Origin: Bdellovibrionales bacterium
GTDB taxonomy: Bacteria; Bdellovibrionota; Bdellovibrionia; Bdellovibrionales; UBA1609
Length of the DNA: 32,000 bases
Reading direction: 5' to 3'
Assembly (NCBI GenBank): GCA_965247685.1
Contig: OZ252021.1
Coordinates: 1,050,001-1,082,000 of the forward strand
Part shown: piece by piece, positions 15,678 to 24,801 of the stretch
Numbering within the stretch: position 1 is the stretch's first letter
How the letters are laid out: each line of letters opens with the position of its first letter
Made by a program: the position numbers and the translations under genes
The notes under the pieces: model-generated
What the model was told of the DNA's origin: nothing
The model's database searches: none
The model's input: the letters and a program-made list of their open reading frames with translations, nothing else

Positions 15678-17699
15678 ATGATGGGTTTAGATTTTAATTA
15701 CAATTTAATTGTGCCTATTGTTGGATTTTTTGGTCTGCTTTACGCCCTTTTTAGTTATTATTCTTTATCTCAGTACTCTGCAGGAAACGATAAAATGCAG
15801 TCCATTAGCTCACAGATTCATCTTGGAGCTATGGCGTTTATGAAAGCTCAGTATTTGCGATTGAGTATTTTTGTACTTTTTGTATCTGTTGTTCTTTTTA
15901 TTTTTATGGGCTGGGAGATGATGATGTCTTTCGTTCTGGGAGCTTTTTGTTCTTCATTGGCAGGATTTATCGGAATGAAGGCCGCTACAAGAGGTAATGT
16001 TCGAACAGCAGCAGCAGCTCAAAAGAGTATGGCGAGCGCTTTGAAGGTCGCATTTGACAGCGGCTCAGTGATGGGTCTCAGTGTAGCAAGTCTTGGATTG
16101 CTGGGTCTTGGTTTGGTGTATGTTATGTTTGAGTCTCTTCCTTTAGGTTCTGTGGAGGTTATTTCAGGTTTTTCTATGGGAGCTTCCTCCATTGCTTTAT
16201 TTGCCCGTGTGGGGGGAGGTATTTTTACAAAGGCGGCTGATGTTGGAGCTGATCTTGTAGGAAAAATAGAAGCAGGTATTCCTGAAGATGATCCTCGAAA
16301 CCCTGGAGTGATTGTAGATAATGTAGGTGATAATGTAGGTGATGTAGCTGGAATGGGTGCAGACATTTTTGAATCTTACGTTGGTGCTATGGTGGCTTCA
16401 ATGGTTATCGCAGCTACTATGAAAAATACTCAAGAATTATTTGGAAATAATGTCTCTTCAGAGTTGCTGATTACACTACCTCTTTTTGTTTGTATTATAG
16501 GTTTGATGGCTTCTTTCTTAGGTTTAGTGAGCATCCATTTATTTAAATCAAAAAATCCGGCAACAGCTTTGTTTCTAGCTCAAGTGACCGGTGCAATATT
16601 ATTCTTAGGTATGGCTGGAGGGCTTTTTTACTCCACGATGGCTTCAGGTTGGAAAATTTTTGTGGCAATTTTAGTCGGCCATGTAGCGGGTTTGCTGATT
16701 GGAAAAGTAACAGAGTACTACACTTCCTCTAAACCTATATTGAGAATTGTTTCTGCATCCAAAACAGGTCCAGCCACTAATATTATTTCAGGTTTAGCTG
16801 TGGGCTTAGAATCCTGCTTCTTTCCTTTGTTTATCATCGCACTGACTATTTTGATTTCTTATCCTGTTGCAGGTCTTTATGGTATAGCGATGGCTGCCGT
16901 TGGAATGTTGGCAACTGTGGGTTTAACGATGACTATCGATGCTTATGGTCCTGTCGTAGATAATGCAGGTGGAATTGTGGAAATGTCTGGTTTAGGTCCT
17001 CATGTGAGAAAGATCACAGACCAATTAGACTCTGTAGGAAATACAACAGCGGCTATTGGTAAAGGATTTGCAATTGGTTCTGCAGCTTTGACGGCTCTAG
17101 CCTTATTTGTTGCGTTTAAACAATCTGTGGGTGATTCCGTGAGTATGAATATTACGGATCCTTATTTGGTGGTTGGTTTATTTTTGGGATCGGGTATTGT
17201 GATGTTTACAGCAAGTCTAACAATGACATCTGTTGGAACGACAGCTTCAACTTTAGTGGAAGAAATTCGTCGTCAATTTAAAGAAATCACAGGTTTGATG
17301 GAAGGAAAAGCTCTTCCAGATACAGCTCGTTGTGTGAGCATAGTAACTCACGCTTCCTTGAAGGAAATGATCTTTCCTGGTTTGCTCGCTATTGCTTCTC
17401 CAGTAGTGATTGGATTTGGTCTCAACGCAACAGCTTTGGCGGGAACTTTAGTAGGGGCATTAATCACCGGTGTTGCTCTGGCTTTGTTTATGGCAAATTC
17501 TGGTGGAGCTTGGGATAATGCCAAGAAGCACATTGAACAATCGAGCAATGCTTCTGAAGGTAAAGGAAGTCCTATGCATCAAGCTGCAGTGATTGGAGAC
17601 ACAGTGGGTGATCCTTTTAAAGATACTACAGGTCCTTCAATGAACATTTTGATTAAATTGATGTCCATTGTGTCCTTGGTGATGGCGCCTTTTTTATAG
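15678..17699 (+). CDS. hppA: Membrane-integral (H+/Na+-translocating) pyrophosphatase
   Basis: Hallmark motifs [55 protein letters not shown] and [23 protein letters not shown]. About 16 TM helices. Length 673 aa. Confidence 0.97.
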   Translation: MMGLDFNYNLIVPIVGFFGLLYALFSYYSLSQYSAGNDKMQSISSQIHLGAMAFMKAQYLRLSIFVLFVSVVLFIFMGWEMMMSFVLGAFCSSLAGFIGMKAATRGNVRTAAAAQKSMASALKVAFDSGSVMGLSVASLGLLGLGLVYVMFESLPLGSVEVISGFSMGASSIALFARVGGGIFTKAADVGADLVGKIEAGIPEDDPRNPGVIVDNVGDNVGDVAGMGADIFESYVGAMVASMVIAATMKNTQELFGNNVSSELLITLPLFVCIIGLMASFLGLVSIHLFKSKNPATALFLAQVTGAILFLGMAGGLFYSTMASGWKIFVAILVGHVAGLLIGKVTEYYTSSKPILRIVSASKTGPATNIISGLAVGLESCFFPLFIIALTILISYPVAGLYGIAMAAVGMLATVGLTMTIDAYGPVVDNAGGIVEMSGLGPHVRKITDQLDSVGNTTAAIGKGFAIGSAALTALALFVAFKQSVGDSVSMNITDPYLVVGLFLGSGIVMFTASLTMTSVGTTASTLVEEIRRQFKEITGLMEGKALPDTARCVSIVTHASLKEMIFPGLLAIASPVVIGFGLNATALAGTLVGALITGVALALFMANSGGAWDNAKKHIEQSSNASEGKGSPMHQAAVIGDTVGDPFKDTTGPSMNILIKLMSIVSLVMAPFL

Positions 17700-17747
17700 T
17701 GTTCAATATTTAATTTTGAGTGCGGTTTGTCCGATAAATAGGACAAG

Positions 17748-18869
17748 ATGAGCGGTGATGAACAAAAAGACAGTGTATTTGAATCAGTCATTAAAGGCTT
17801 CTTGAGTCCTATCTGGGATCTTCTTCAAGATGAGTCTATTAGTGAAGTCATGATCAACTCCTTTGATGAAATTTGGATAGAAAAAAAAGGTCGAATCGAA
17901 AAAGTTTCTCATCAATTTCAAGATGAAGATTCTCTCCGAGCGACTGCTAATAACATTGCTCAAAGTGTGGGGCGATTGATTGACGATCAAAATCCTAGAT
18001 TAGATGCTCGCCTTCCTAATGGATATCGTATTCATGTGGTGATACCTCCTTGTGCGAGAAAGGGAACTACTATGTCCATCCGTAAATTTTCCAAAGATCA
18101 ATTTACTTTTAAAGATTTTATTCAATTAGGATCTTTTTCTGCAGATATGGCTCAATTTATAGATGTCTGTATTAAACTAGGAAAAAATATTATTGTCAGC
18201 GGTGGGACAGGTTCAGGAAAGACGACACTTCTAAGTATGATTTGCAATCGTATTCCTCAAGGCCAAAGAGTGATAGTGATTGAAGACTCCAGTGAGCTTC
18301 AAGTGGACTATGAACATGTGGTGTTTTTTGAAACCCGTATGGCTCAACCTGATAAAGGTTTAGAGGCTGTGTCGATTGAGGACTTGGTGAAAAGCAGTCT
18401 TCGATTAAGACCTGATCGAATTATTGTAGGTGAGGTTCGAGGTGGAGAGGCTTTGCAATTAATTCAAGCTATGAATACAGGTCATAAAGGGTGTTTAGGG
18501 ACGCTTCATGCCAACACACCTCAAGGAGCGATGGTGAGGCTTCAAGCTTTAGCACAGGGAGCGGATGCTCAGATGAGTGAAACAGCGCTTGTTCAACAAA
18601 TTATTTCTGCAGTAGATGTTGTGATTCAAACTTCTCGTTATCAAGATGGTGTTCGAAGGGTGGCTTCTATTGCTGAGGTTTGTGCTGGAGGAGATCCTTA
18701 CAAAGTTCAAGAGATTTATGGTCTCAATCGCCTCGTGAAAAATGAGGATGGAAGTTATAGTGGTGTGGCTGAACCCTCCGGTTTTATTCCTTCCTTTATG
18801 AATGAGATTGAAGACAGAAGACTGCCTTTTTCAAGTCATAAATTTTCCAAAAAGAAGTTCGTTGCATAA
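17748..18869 (+). CDS. CpaF/TadA-family (VirB11-like) secretion ATPase, orphan copy
   Basis: The N-terminal domain is typical of CpaF ([23 protein letters not shown]...[29 protein letters not shown]). Walker A ([10 protein letters not shown]), [27 protein letters not shown] and [16 protein letters not shown]. There is no platform, pilin or secretin gene next to it. Confidence 0.88.
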   Translation: MSGDEQKDSVFESVIKGFLSPIWDLLQDESISEVMINSFDEIWIEKKGRIEKVSHQFQDEDSLRATANNIAQSVGRLIDDQNPRLDARLPNGYRIHVVIPPCARKGTTMSIRKFSKDQFTFKDFIQLGSFSADMAQFIDVCIKLGKNIIVSGGTGSGKTTLLSMICNRIPQGQRVIVIEDSSELQVDYEHVVFFETRMAQPDKGLEAVSIEDLVKSSLRLRPDRIIVGEVRGGEALQLIQAMNTGHKGCLGTLHANTPQGAMVRLQALAQGADAQMSETALVQQIISAVDVVIQTSRYQDGVRRVASIAEVCAGGDPYKVQEIYGLNRLVKNEDGSYSGVAEPSGFIPSFMNEIEDRRLPFSSHKFSKKKFVA

Positions 18870-19018
18870 TTTCTTGCTTCGAAAATGAAGTGATATGATA
18901 AAACACAGTAAAAAACATTTTTCATAATCCTTCTGCTCCTAAATATACAGGTCTATTATTGTCTTTTGTTTCAATTAGAGATATGAATGGTTATTCATAT
19001 TTCAGGAGAAGTTCTTTT

Positions 19019-19849
19019 ATGAAAGTCAGTGGTCGAGTGACTAATTCTTTTTATTGTTTCTTAAATCAAAATAATTTTGATACTTCTCGTTTTTACGAGC
19101 TGAGCTCGTTAGAGATGCATTTTATTCGAGATCCCTATGTTTGGATGGACATTGGAGCTGTGGAACATTTTCTTAAAAAAATCTCTGATGAATTCAGCCG
19201 TCACTTTGTTCAAGAAGAGCTGACATGCGCCGTAGGTCATACCGCTTTGGAATTAAAAGCTTGGGGAGACTTAGACTCTGTTTTAAAATTGAGTCCGATT
19301 TTTAATGTGTATGAAAAAATCGAAGATATCATGCAATGGTTTATAACTCCTTTTTCTATTCAAAAATTCCAAAACATTAATAACAAGATAACTTTTGAAT
19401 GTAACTTATCGGATAAAGATTACCCTTATCTTGTGAGTTATTTAAGGGCTGTATTAGAGGTTTTGCCAGCTTACAGTGTGGAGGAGCAATCGGAAGTTTT
19501 ATGGAAAGATCGTCGAGTGCAGATTCACTATACCCCTTATGGGCAACTTTCTCTTTTTTTTGAAAAAGAATCAGAATTTTCTCCGGACTTGTTTAGAAAA
19601 TTAAAAAGCTCAGTTCTTTCTTTAGAAAAAGAATACTTGAAGCAAAGAAGAATTTTAGAGGAAAAAAACCAAAAGGTGCAGTCTTTTCAAGTTCAAAAAG
19701 ATCGAATGCTTCAACTTTGTAATGAAATGGAGCAAATTTTAAGTCATGTCAAAAAATATCAGGACAAAGAAAAATCTTTTCAGAATAAGATCACCAGCTT
19801 ATGTCAATGTATGAGTCAAATGAGAGATATGTGTCATGATTCAGATTAA
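19019..19849 (+). CDS. Hypothetical protein: about 190-aa globular N-domain plus C-terminal coiled coil
   Basis: I prefer the ATG at 19019 (AGGAGA 9 nt upstream) over the TTG at 18959 in the ORF track. The C-terminal about 80 aa are heptad-like (LKSSVLSLEKEYLKQRRILEEKNQKVQSFQVQKDRMLQLCNEMEQIL). The stop overlaps the eno start by 14 nt. No family recognised. Confidence 0.65.
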   Translation: MKVSGRVTNSFYCFLNQNNFDTSRFYELSSLEMHFIRDPYVWMDIGAVEHFLKKISDEFSRHFVQEELTCAVGHTALELKAWGDLDSVLKLSPIFNVYEKIEDIMQWFITPFSIQKFQNINNKITFECNLSDKDYPYLVSYLRAVLEVLPAYSVEEQSEVLWKDRRVQIHYTPYGQLSLFFEKESEFSPDLFRKLKSSVLSLEKEYLKQRRILEEKNQKVQSFQVQKDRMLQLCNEMEQILSHVKKYQDKEKSFQNKITSLCQCMSQMRDMCHDSD

Positions 19850-21083
19850 TAAAGTATGCGGGCGAGAGCTTTTAGACAGTAGGGGGCAGCCTGCCCTTGA
19901 AGTGGAAGTAATAACGAATGATGGAATAAAAGCTTCGGCTCTAGTTCCTTCGGGCGCCTCGACAGGAAAATATGAGGCTCATGAATTACGAGATGGTGAT
20001 GTCAAAAGATTTTTTGGTAAAGGTCTTTTAAAGGCTTGTCAAAGTGTGAATGAACTCTCCCAAAAATTGAAAGGCGAATCATTGCAGTCTTTGGAGCAGT
20101 TGGATCAAAAACTCATCGAGTGGGATGGAACAGAAAATAAGAGCAAGTTGGGAGCTAATGCTCTTTTAGGAGTTTCCTTGTCATGCATGAAGCTTTTGGC
20201 ACGAATTCAAAATAAACCTCTGTATTCTTTTTTTAGTCCTTCTTACAAGTTGCCTATTCCTTTGATCAATTTATTAAATGGCGGAGTGCATGCAAATAAC
20301 AACCTTGATGTTCAAGAGTTTATGATTGTTCCTCATGGGTTTTCTTCATTCCGTGAGGCTCTAAGAGCAAGTGCAGAAATTTTTCATACTTTAAAATCTT
20401 ATTTAAAAAGTAAAAATCACAGTGTAGCTGTAGGAGATGAAGGGGGAGTTGCTCCTTCTTTAAAATCTAATGAAGAAGCTTTGAAAGTTCTTTTGTATGC
20501 TATTGAAAAAGCGGGCTATCAAGCAGGAAAGCAGGTTTCACTGGCATTAGATGTGGCGGCTTCTTCTTTTTATAAAGATGGAAGTTACATATGGGAGAAT
20601 CAAACAATAAATGCACAGAATTTGATAGAGATTTATGATATGTGGATAAAAAAGTATCCTATTTTGAGTATTGAGGATGGTTTAGATGAGGAAGCTTGGG
20701 AGGACTGGAAGAAGTGGACTCAAAATCAAGGTATGAATTTACAAATTGTTGGGGATGATCTTTTTGTGACTAATGTGAAGCGACTGCAAAAAGGGATTGA
20801 TCAAAAGATCGCAAATGCTTTGTTGGTGAAGCTGAATCAAATCGGTACGGTGAGTGAGACTTATCAAGCAGTTCAATTAGCTCATCGCTTTCAATATCGT
20901 TGTATTTTATCTCATCGAAGTGGGGAAACGGAGGATACAGCTATTGCTGATCTTTCTTTAGCATTTTGTTGTGAGCAGATTAAAACAGGAAGTGTGAGTC
21001 GAGGAGAGAGAACGGCAAAGTACAATCGTTTGCTTCGTATTGAAGAAGAGTTAGGTGATCGAGCTGAGTATCAGCAGTGGTGA
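19836..21083 (+). CDS. eno: Enolase (phosphopyruvate hydratase)
   Basis: GRELLDSRGQPALEVEV...PSGASTGKYEAHELRDGD at the N-terminus and the signature ILSHRSGETEDTAIADLSLA. Length 415 aa. Confidence 0.96.
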   Translation: MIQINKVCGRELLDSRGQPALEVEVITNDGIKASALVPSGASTGKYEAHELRDGDVKRFFGKGLLKACQSVNELSQKLKGESLQSLEQLDQKLIEWDGTENKSKLGANALLGVSLSCMKLLARIQNKPLYSFFSPSYKLPIPLINLLNGGVHANNNLDVQEFMIVPHGFSSFREALRASAEIFHTLKSYLKSKNHSVAVGDEGGVAPSLKSNEEALKVLLYAIEKAGYQAGKQVSLALDVAASSFYKDGSYIWENQTINAQNLIEIYDMWIKKYPILSIEDGLDEEAWEDWKKWTQNQGMNLQIVGDDLFVTNVKRLQKGIDQKIANALLVKLNQIGTVSETYQAVQLAHRFQYRCILSHRSGETEDTAIADLSLAFCCEQIKTGSVSRGERTAKYNRLLRIEEELGDRAEYQQW

Positions 21084-21116
21084 TTTGTTTGTGTTCTAAA
21101 AACATTGGAAATAGGT

Positions 21117-22478
21117 ATGAGCTTTGGTAGCCGTTGGGTTCAAAAAATAGAAAAAGTATTACAGTTTTTAGCTTCTTTAAAGCTTGCTGTGATTAATTTA
21201 GTTATGTTGGCTTTGATATCTGCTATAGGAACATTTGTAGAGTCTTACTATGACTTAGAGCATGCGCAAGAGTGGGTTTATCGATCTTTTTATATGAAGC
21301 TGGCGCTCACTTCACTTTCTATTAATTTGATTGCTGTTTTAGTTCATCGTTGGCCTTGGAAAAAAAAACATATTTCTTTTATTAGCGCTCACTTTGGTAT
21401 TTTGTTAATGATTGTGGGATCTATGATGACTCAAGAGCTGGGTGTGGATGGGAGTATGCGGCTTGAAGTGAATGAAAAAAGTCAGTCTATTATTTTACCT
21501 TCTAAAATTTTAAGCATTTATTCTTCTTTTGATGGCAATAATATTCGGGAAATTTATCGAGACGCTCCTCGATTTATTATTCGACCTCCTTCCAAAAAAA
21601 ATCCCTATATTATTCCTTTAGGGGCACAAGAAATGCGTATTACAGACTACCGTCCTTATGCCTTACAAAAGGTTGTGTATTCACCTAAGGAAAATTCAGG
21701 GTGGTTTCTGAGTTTTACACTTATGGGTTCTCAGGCTCAAATTTCAGAAAGTATTTATAAAATGAAAAAACAACCTTACATCAAAAATCCTGTGGGATTG
21801 ACTCATATCGTTTTAGGAACATCTTCTTATAAACCTCAAGAGAAGAACGAATTAATTTTAATTCCTCAGAATAAAAAAGAAGTGATGTACCACTTGGTTC
21901 GAGAAAATAAGATTCAAAAAAGCGGTTTTTTAAAAAAGGGTCAGCAGATTGAAACAGGATGGATGGATTTAAAATTTCAAATATTGGATTTTTATCCTGC
22001 AGAAAGAATTTACGAATGGATTCCTTTAAAATCTTCTCAGGAGAACAGTGTATCTGTGATTCAAGTGGAATTTGCAAATCAAGAGAAGTGGATGCCTCTC
22101 AATTCCTTTCTGTCTTTTTATTCTAAAGACTTAGTGTACACTGTGGGTTATATGAATCAGAGAAGAAATATTGGGTCTTTTATTCAATTGTTGGACTTTA
22201 AAATACAAAGATATATGGGGAGTACAAGGGCTAAGGAATATGAAAGTGTAGTGATGGTGGATGGTCAAAAAAAAATAACTATTTCTATGAATGAACCTTT
22301 GATGTATAAAGGTTGGACTTTTTACCAATCTAGTTTTGAGGAAGACGATAATGGAAAAATTCAAGCTTCTATTTTAGCTGTCAATAGAGATCCAGGGCGC
22401 TGGGTTAAGTACTTAGGAAGTTTTCTGATTGTTTTGGGTATTTTTGCATTGTTTTATCTCAGAAGAGAAAAATTCTAA
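21117..22478 (+). CDS. ccsB: System II cytochrome c biogenesis protein ResB/CcsB
   Basis: N-terminal LASLKLAVINLVMLALISAIGTFVES TM segment, a large soluble central region, a C-terminal MNEPLMYKGWTFYQSSF motif, and a final TM segment. It sits immediately upstream of ccsA. The ATG at 21117 is preferred over the TTG at 21105. Confidence 0.85.
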   Translation: MSFGSRWVQKIEKVLQFLASLKLAVINLVMLALISAIGTFVESYYDLEHAQEWVYRSFYMKLALTSLSINLIAVLVHRWPWKKKHISFISAHFGILLMIVGSMMTQELGVDGSMRLEVNEKSQSIILPSKILSIYSSFDGNNIREIYRDAPRFIIRPPSKKNPYIIPLGAQEMRITDYRPYALQKVVYSPKENSGWFLSFTLMGSQAQISESIYKMKKQPYIKNPVGLTHIVLGTSSYKPQEKNELILIPQNKKEVMYHLVRENKIQKSGFLKKGQQIETGWMDLKFQILDFYPAERIYEWIPLKSSQENSVSVIQVEFANQEKWMPLNSFLSFYSKDLVYTVGYMNQRRNIGSFIQLLDFKIQRYMGSTRAKEYESVVMVDGQKKITISMNEPLMYKGWTFYQSSFEEDDNGKIQASILAVNRDPGRWVKYLGSFLIVLGIFALFYLRREKF

Positions 22479-22535
22479 GTTGCTATTGATTTTTCTTTAT
22501 TTTATATTTCGATTGGAAAGTGAAGTGTGAGTAGG

Positions 22536-24152
22536 ATGTATAGATTATTTTCATGTATGCGTGTTTTTTTATTCTTGTTTGGAGTATTTGGAAGTTCATT
22601 TTGTTATTCTAATGAAACCACTCTGAATATCATTCAAGCTATTGATCAAAAACAAGACGTCTTGTTGACTCAAGCTTTAAAATCTCTTCCCGTACAAGAT
22701 AGAGGGAGAGTGAAACCTTTAGATACTTTTGCCCGAGAATCTGTCTATCATATTATGGGAAAAAATCCTTCTCATAGTGTGCATCTTGTGATGACATGGC
22801 TCTTGGTTCCTGATTATTGGGATAAAAAGCCTTTAGTTTGGATTCAAAAAGCGCAGGTTAAAAAAGCTTTAAGTTTAGATACGTCTCGCTCTCATTTTAG
22901 TCCTCAAGAGTTATTGTCCAATAAGGATTTTAAAAGGGAAGTGAAGGAGCTTCACAGTCGAAGAGAACAAAAAGAAAAGCTCAGTTCTTATTTTCAGGCT
23001 ATTGAAAAATTAGAATCTCAAGTTTCTCTTTATCATGCCATTAAGACGGGGAATGCGCCATTTTGGTTTCCTCAACCTAGTAAGTGGCTTTCTATTGTAG
23101 AAATGTCCAGTGCCCAGCAGGAAAGTTTTTTTCAGCTTCTTAAAGGCTACTCAAAATTTATATTAGAATCTCACAGTAAATTATTTGAAACATCCGTTCA
23201 AAATTGGCGTGAAATTTCTCAGGCTCATGTTCATGAGGGCAAAATGAAAGCGGAATTGCAGTACAACTCACTGCAGCCGTTTCGTTGGAGTTGGGTCTTT
23301 TATTTATGTAGTGTTCTGCTTTTTGGCTTGGGGATTTTATTTCCAAAGTATCAAAGTTTATTATTTTTTACTCCTTTTATAAGTGCTTTTATTTTGCATA
23401 CTTACGGAATAATCTTAAGATGCTACATTATGTCTCGACCTCCAGTTTCCAATATGTTTGAGACGATGTTATGGGTGCCGTGGTCTGCTTTGATATTTGC
23501 TTTGATTTTTTCTTTGATAAAGAAGACTCGCTTTCCTTTGATACTAGGTGCAGTTGGTTCTTTTCTTTGTCTTTTTTTGGCAGACACCTCTTCTATTTTA
23601 GATGGTCGAATGGAGCCTTTAGAAGCCGTGTTGCGTTCTAACTTCTGGTTAAGCACTCATGTCCTTGTAATTACAATGTCTTATGCAGCTTTCTTTCTTG
23701 CGTTTATATTGTCTGATTTTTTAATCTTTCAATTTTTGTTTGGAAAATCTAAACCTAAAAAAATATACTATTGGTTTTTAAATAAATTATTGCAAATAGG
23801 CATTTTGTTTCTAGCTTTAGGCACTATTTTAGGTGCGATTTGGGCAGATTATTCTTGGGGACGATTTTGGGGTTGGGATCCAAAAGAAGTGTGGGCGCTT
23901 GTGAGTTTATTAGGATATCTAGCTCTAGTTCATGCTCGCCTTCAAGGATGGGTGCGTGAGTTTGGTTTAGTTATTGGTTCTGTTTGTTGCTTTTTCTTTA
24001 TAGTTATGGCTTGGTATGGGGTCAATTTTGTATTAGGAAAAGGGTTACATTCGTACGGCTTTGGTCAAGGTGGACTTAGTTATGTTTTATTTTTCGTAGT
24101 TTTGCACTTATTGTTGGTGTGGATCGCATGGAAGAAAAAAGATCATAAATAA
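22536..24152 (+). CDS. ccsA: Cytochrome c-type biogenesis protein CcsA/ResC (long form with N-terminal periplasmic extension)
   Basis: WWD heme-handling motif (WGRFWGWDPKEVWALVSLLGYLALVH). Multiple TM helices in the C-terminal 300 aa. N-terminal signal plus an extension of about 230 aa (PVQDRGRVKPLDTFARES). The ATG at 22536 or the GTG at 22527 could be the start. Confidence 0.9.
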   Translation: MYRLFSCMRVFLFLFGVFGSSFCYSNETTLNIIQAIDQKQDVLLTQALKSLPVQDRGRVKPLDTFARESVYHIMGKNPSHSVHLVMTWLLVPDYWDKKPLVWIQKAQVKKALSLDTSRSHFSPQELLSNKDFKREVKELHSRREQKEKLSSYFQAIEKLESQVSLYHAIKTGNAPFWFPQPSKWLSIVEMSSAQQESFFQLLKGYSKFILESHSKLFETSVQNWREISQAHVHEGKMKAELQYNSLQPFRWSWVFYLCSVLLFGLGILFPKYQSLLFFTPFISAFILHTYGIILRCYIMSRPPVSNMFETMLWVPWSALIFALIFSLIKKTRFPLILGAVGSFLCLFLADTSSILDGRMEPLEAVLRSNFWLSTHVLVITMSYAAFFLAFILSDFLIFQFLFGKSKPKKIYYWFLNKLLQIGILFLALGTILGAIWADYSWGRFWGWDPKEVWALVSLLGYLALVHARLQGWVREFGLVIGSVCCFFFIVMAWYGVNFVLGKGLHSYGFGQGGLSYVLFFVVLHLLLVWIAWKKKDHK

Positions 24153-24199
24153 CTTTCACTTCAGAATGATATTGGTATGATGTTGAAATAGGATTTTTT

Positions 24200-24784
24200 A
24201 TGTTTCAAAAATATTGGAATCGAAAGTTAACAGGGCTTGCTGCTGTTTTTTTCATTTTGTTGGCCATTTGCGGGTTCATTTATTTCATTTCATATAATGA
24301 GGTGACTCTAGGTTATAACGAGGGCTATCAGCCGACTCAGCCTATTCCTTTTTCTCATCAATTGCATGCGGGTCAGTATCAGATGGATTGTCGGTATTGT
24401 CATACAGCAGTAGAGGAGAGCGCACATGCTTCTATTCCAAGTTTGAATGTGTGTATGAATTGTCATTTAAATATTAAATTGCAAAGTCCTTGGTTGAAAC
24501 AGCTAAGGCAGGCCTATGATAAAGGAGAACCTGTGCAATGGAAAAAGGTGCACTTGCTTCCAGATTTTGTGCGATTTAATCATGCTCCTCATGTTCAAAC
24601 CTTATCACAAAGGAATGGAGGGTCTCAGGCTGTTCGTCAGAGTTGTCAAACTTGTCATGGTTCGGTGGAAAGGATGAGCGTGGTGATACAAAAAGAAAGT
24701 TTATCTATGGGTTGGTGTATTCAATGTCATAGACAGGAAGAGAATAAGGATTGGTTGACTCAATGTAGCACTTGTCATTACTAA
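24200..24784 (+). CDS. actA: Alternative complex III subunit ActA (membrane-anchored pentaheme cytochrome c)
   Basis: One N-terminal TM helix (LTGLAAVFFILLAICGFIYFI) and five CxxCH motifs (CRYCH, CMNCH, CQTCH, CIQCH, CSTCH). First gene of an actABCDEF-ordered cluster. Confidence 0.85.
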   Translation: MFQKYWNRKLTGLAAVFFILLAICGFIYFISYNEVTLGYNEGYQPTQPIPFSHQLHAGQYQMDCRYCHTAVEESAHASIPSLNVCMNCHLNIKLQSPWLKQLRQAYDKGEPVQWKKVHLLPDFVRFNHAPHVQTLSQRNGGSQAVRQSCQTCHGSVERMSVVIQKESLSMGWCIQCHRQEENKDWLTQCSTCHY

Positions 24785-24801
24785 TGAAAGAGGTAAAAAA
24801 A

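Noticed and set aside
16019-16366. 115-aa Pro/Ser/Thr-rich ORF antisense to hppA.
   Set aside because: It is the complement of Gly/Ala/Val-rich hppA codons, and the hppA frame carries unmistakable family motifs. The same logic applies to the other nested or antisense track ORFs (for example 584-826, 1331-1609, 2262-2510, 9399-9629, 10002-10235, 17348-17548, 27070-27315, 28467-28970, 30520-30970).
24173-24188. tggtatgatgttgaaa just upstream of actA, considered as a sigma-54 (-24/-12) promoter because rpoN is nearby.
   Set aside because: It has the GG but lacks the -12 GC, the spacing is one nt short of TGGCAC-N5-TTGC, and it lies only 12 nt from the actA ATG. I found no convincing GG-N10-GC element in the other intergenic regions either.
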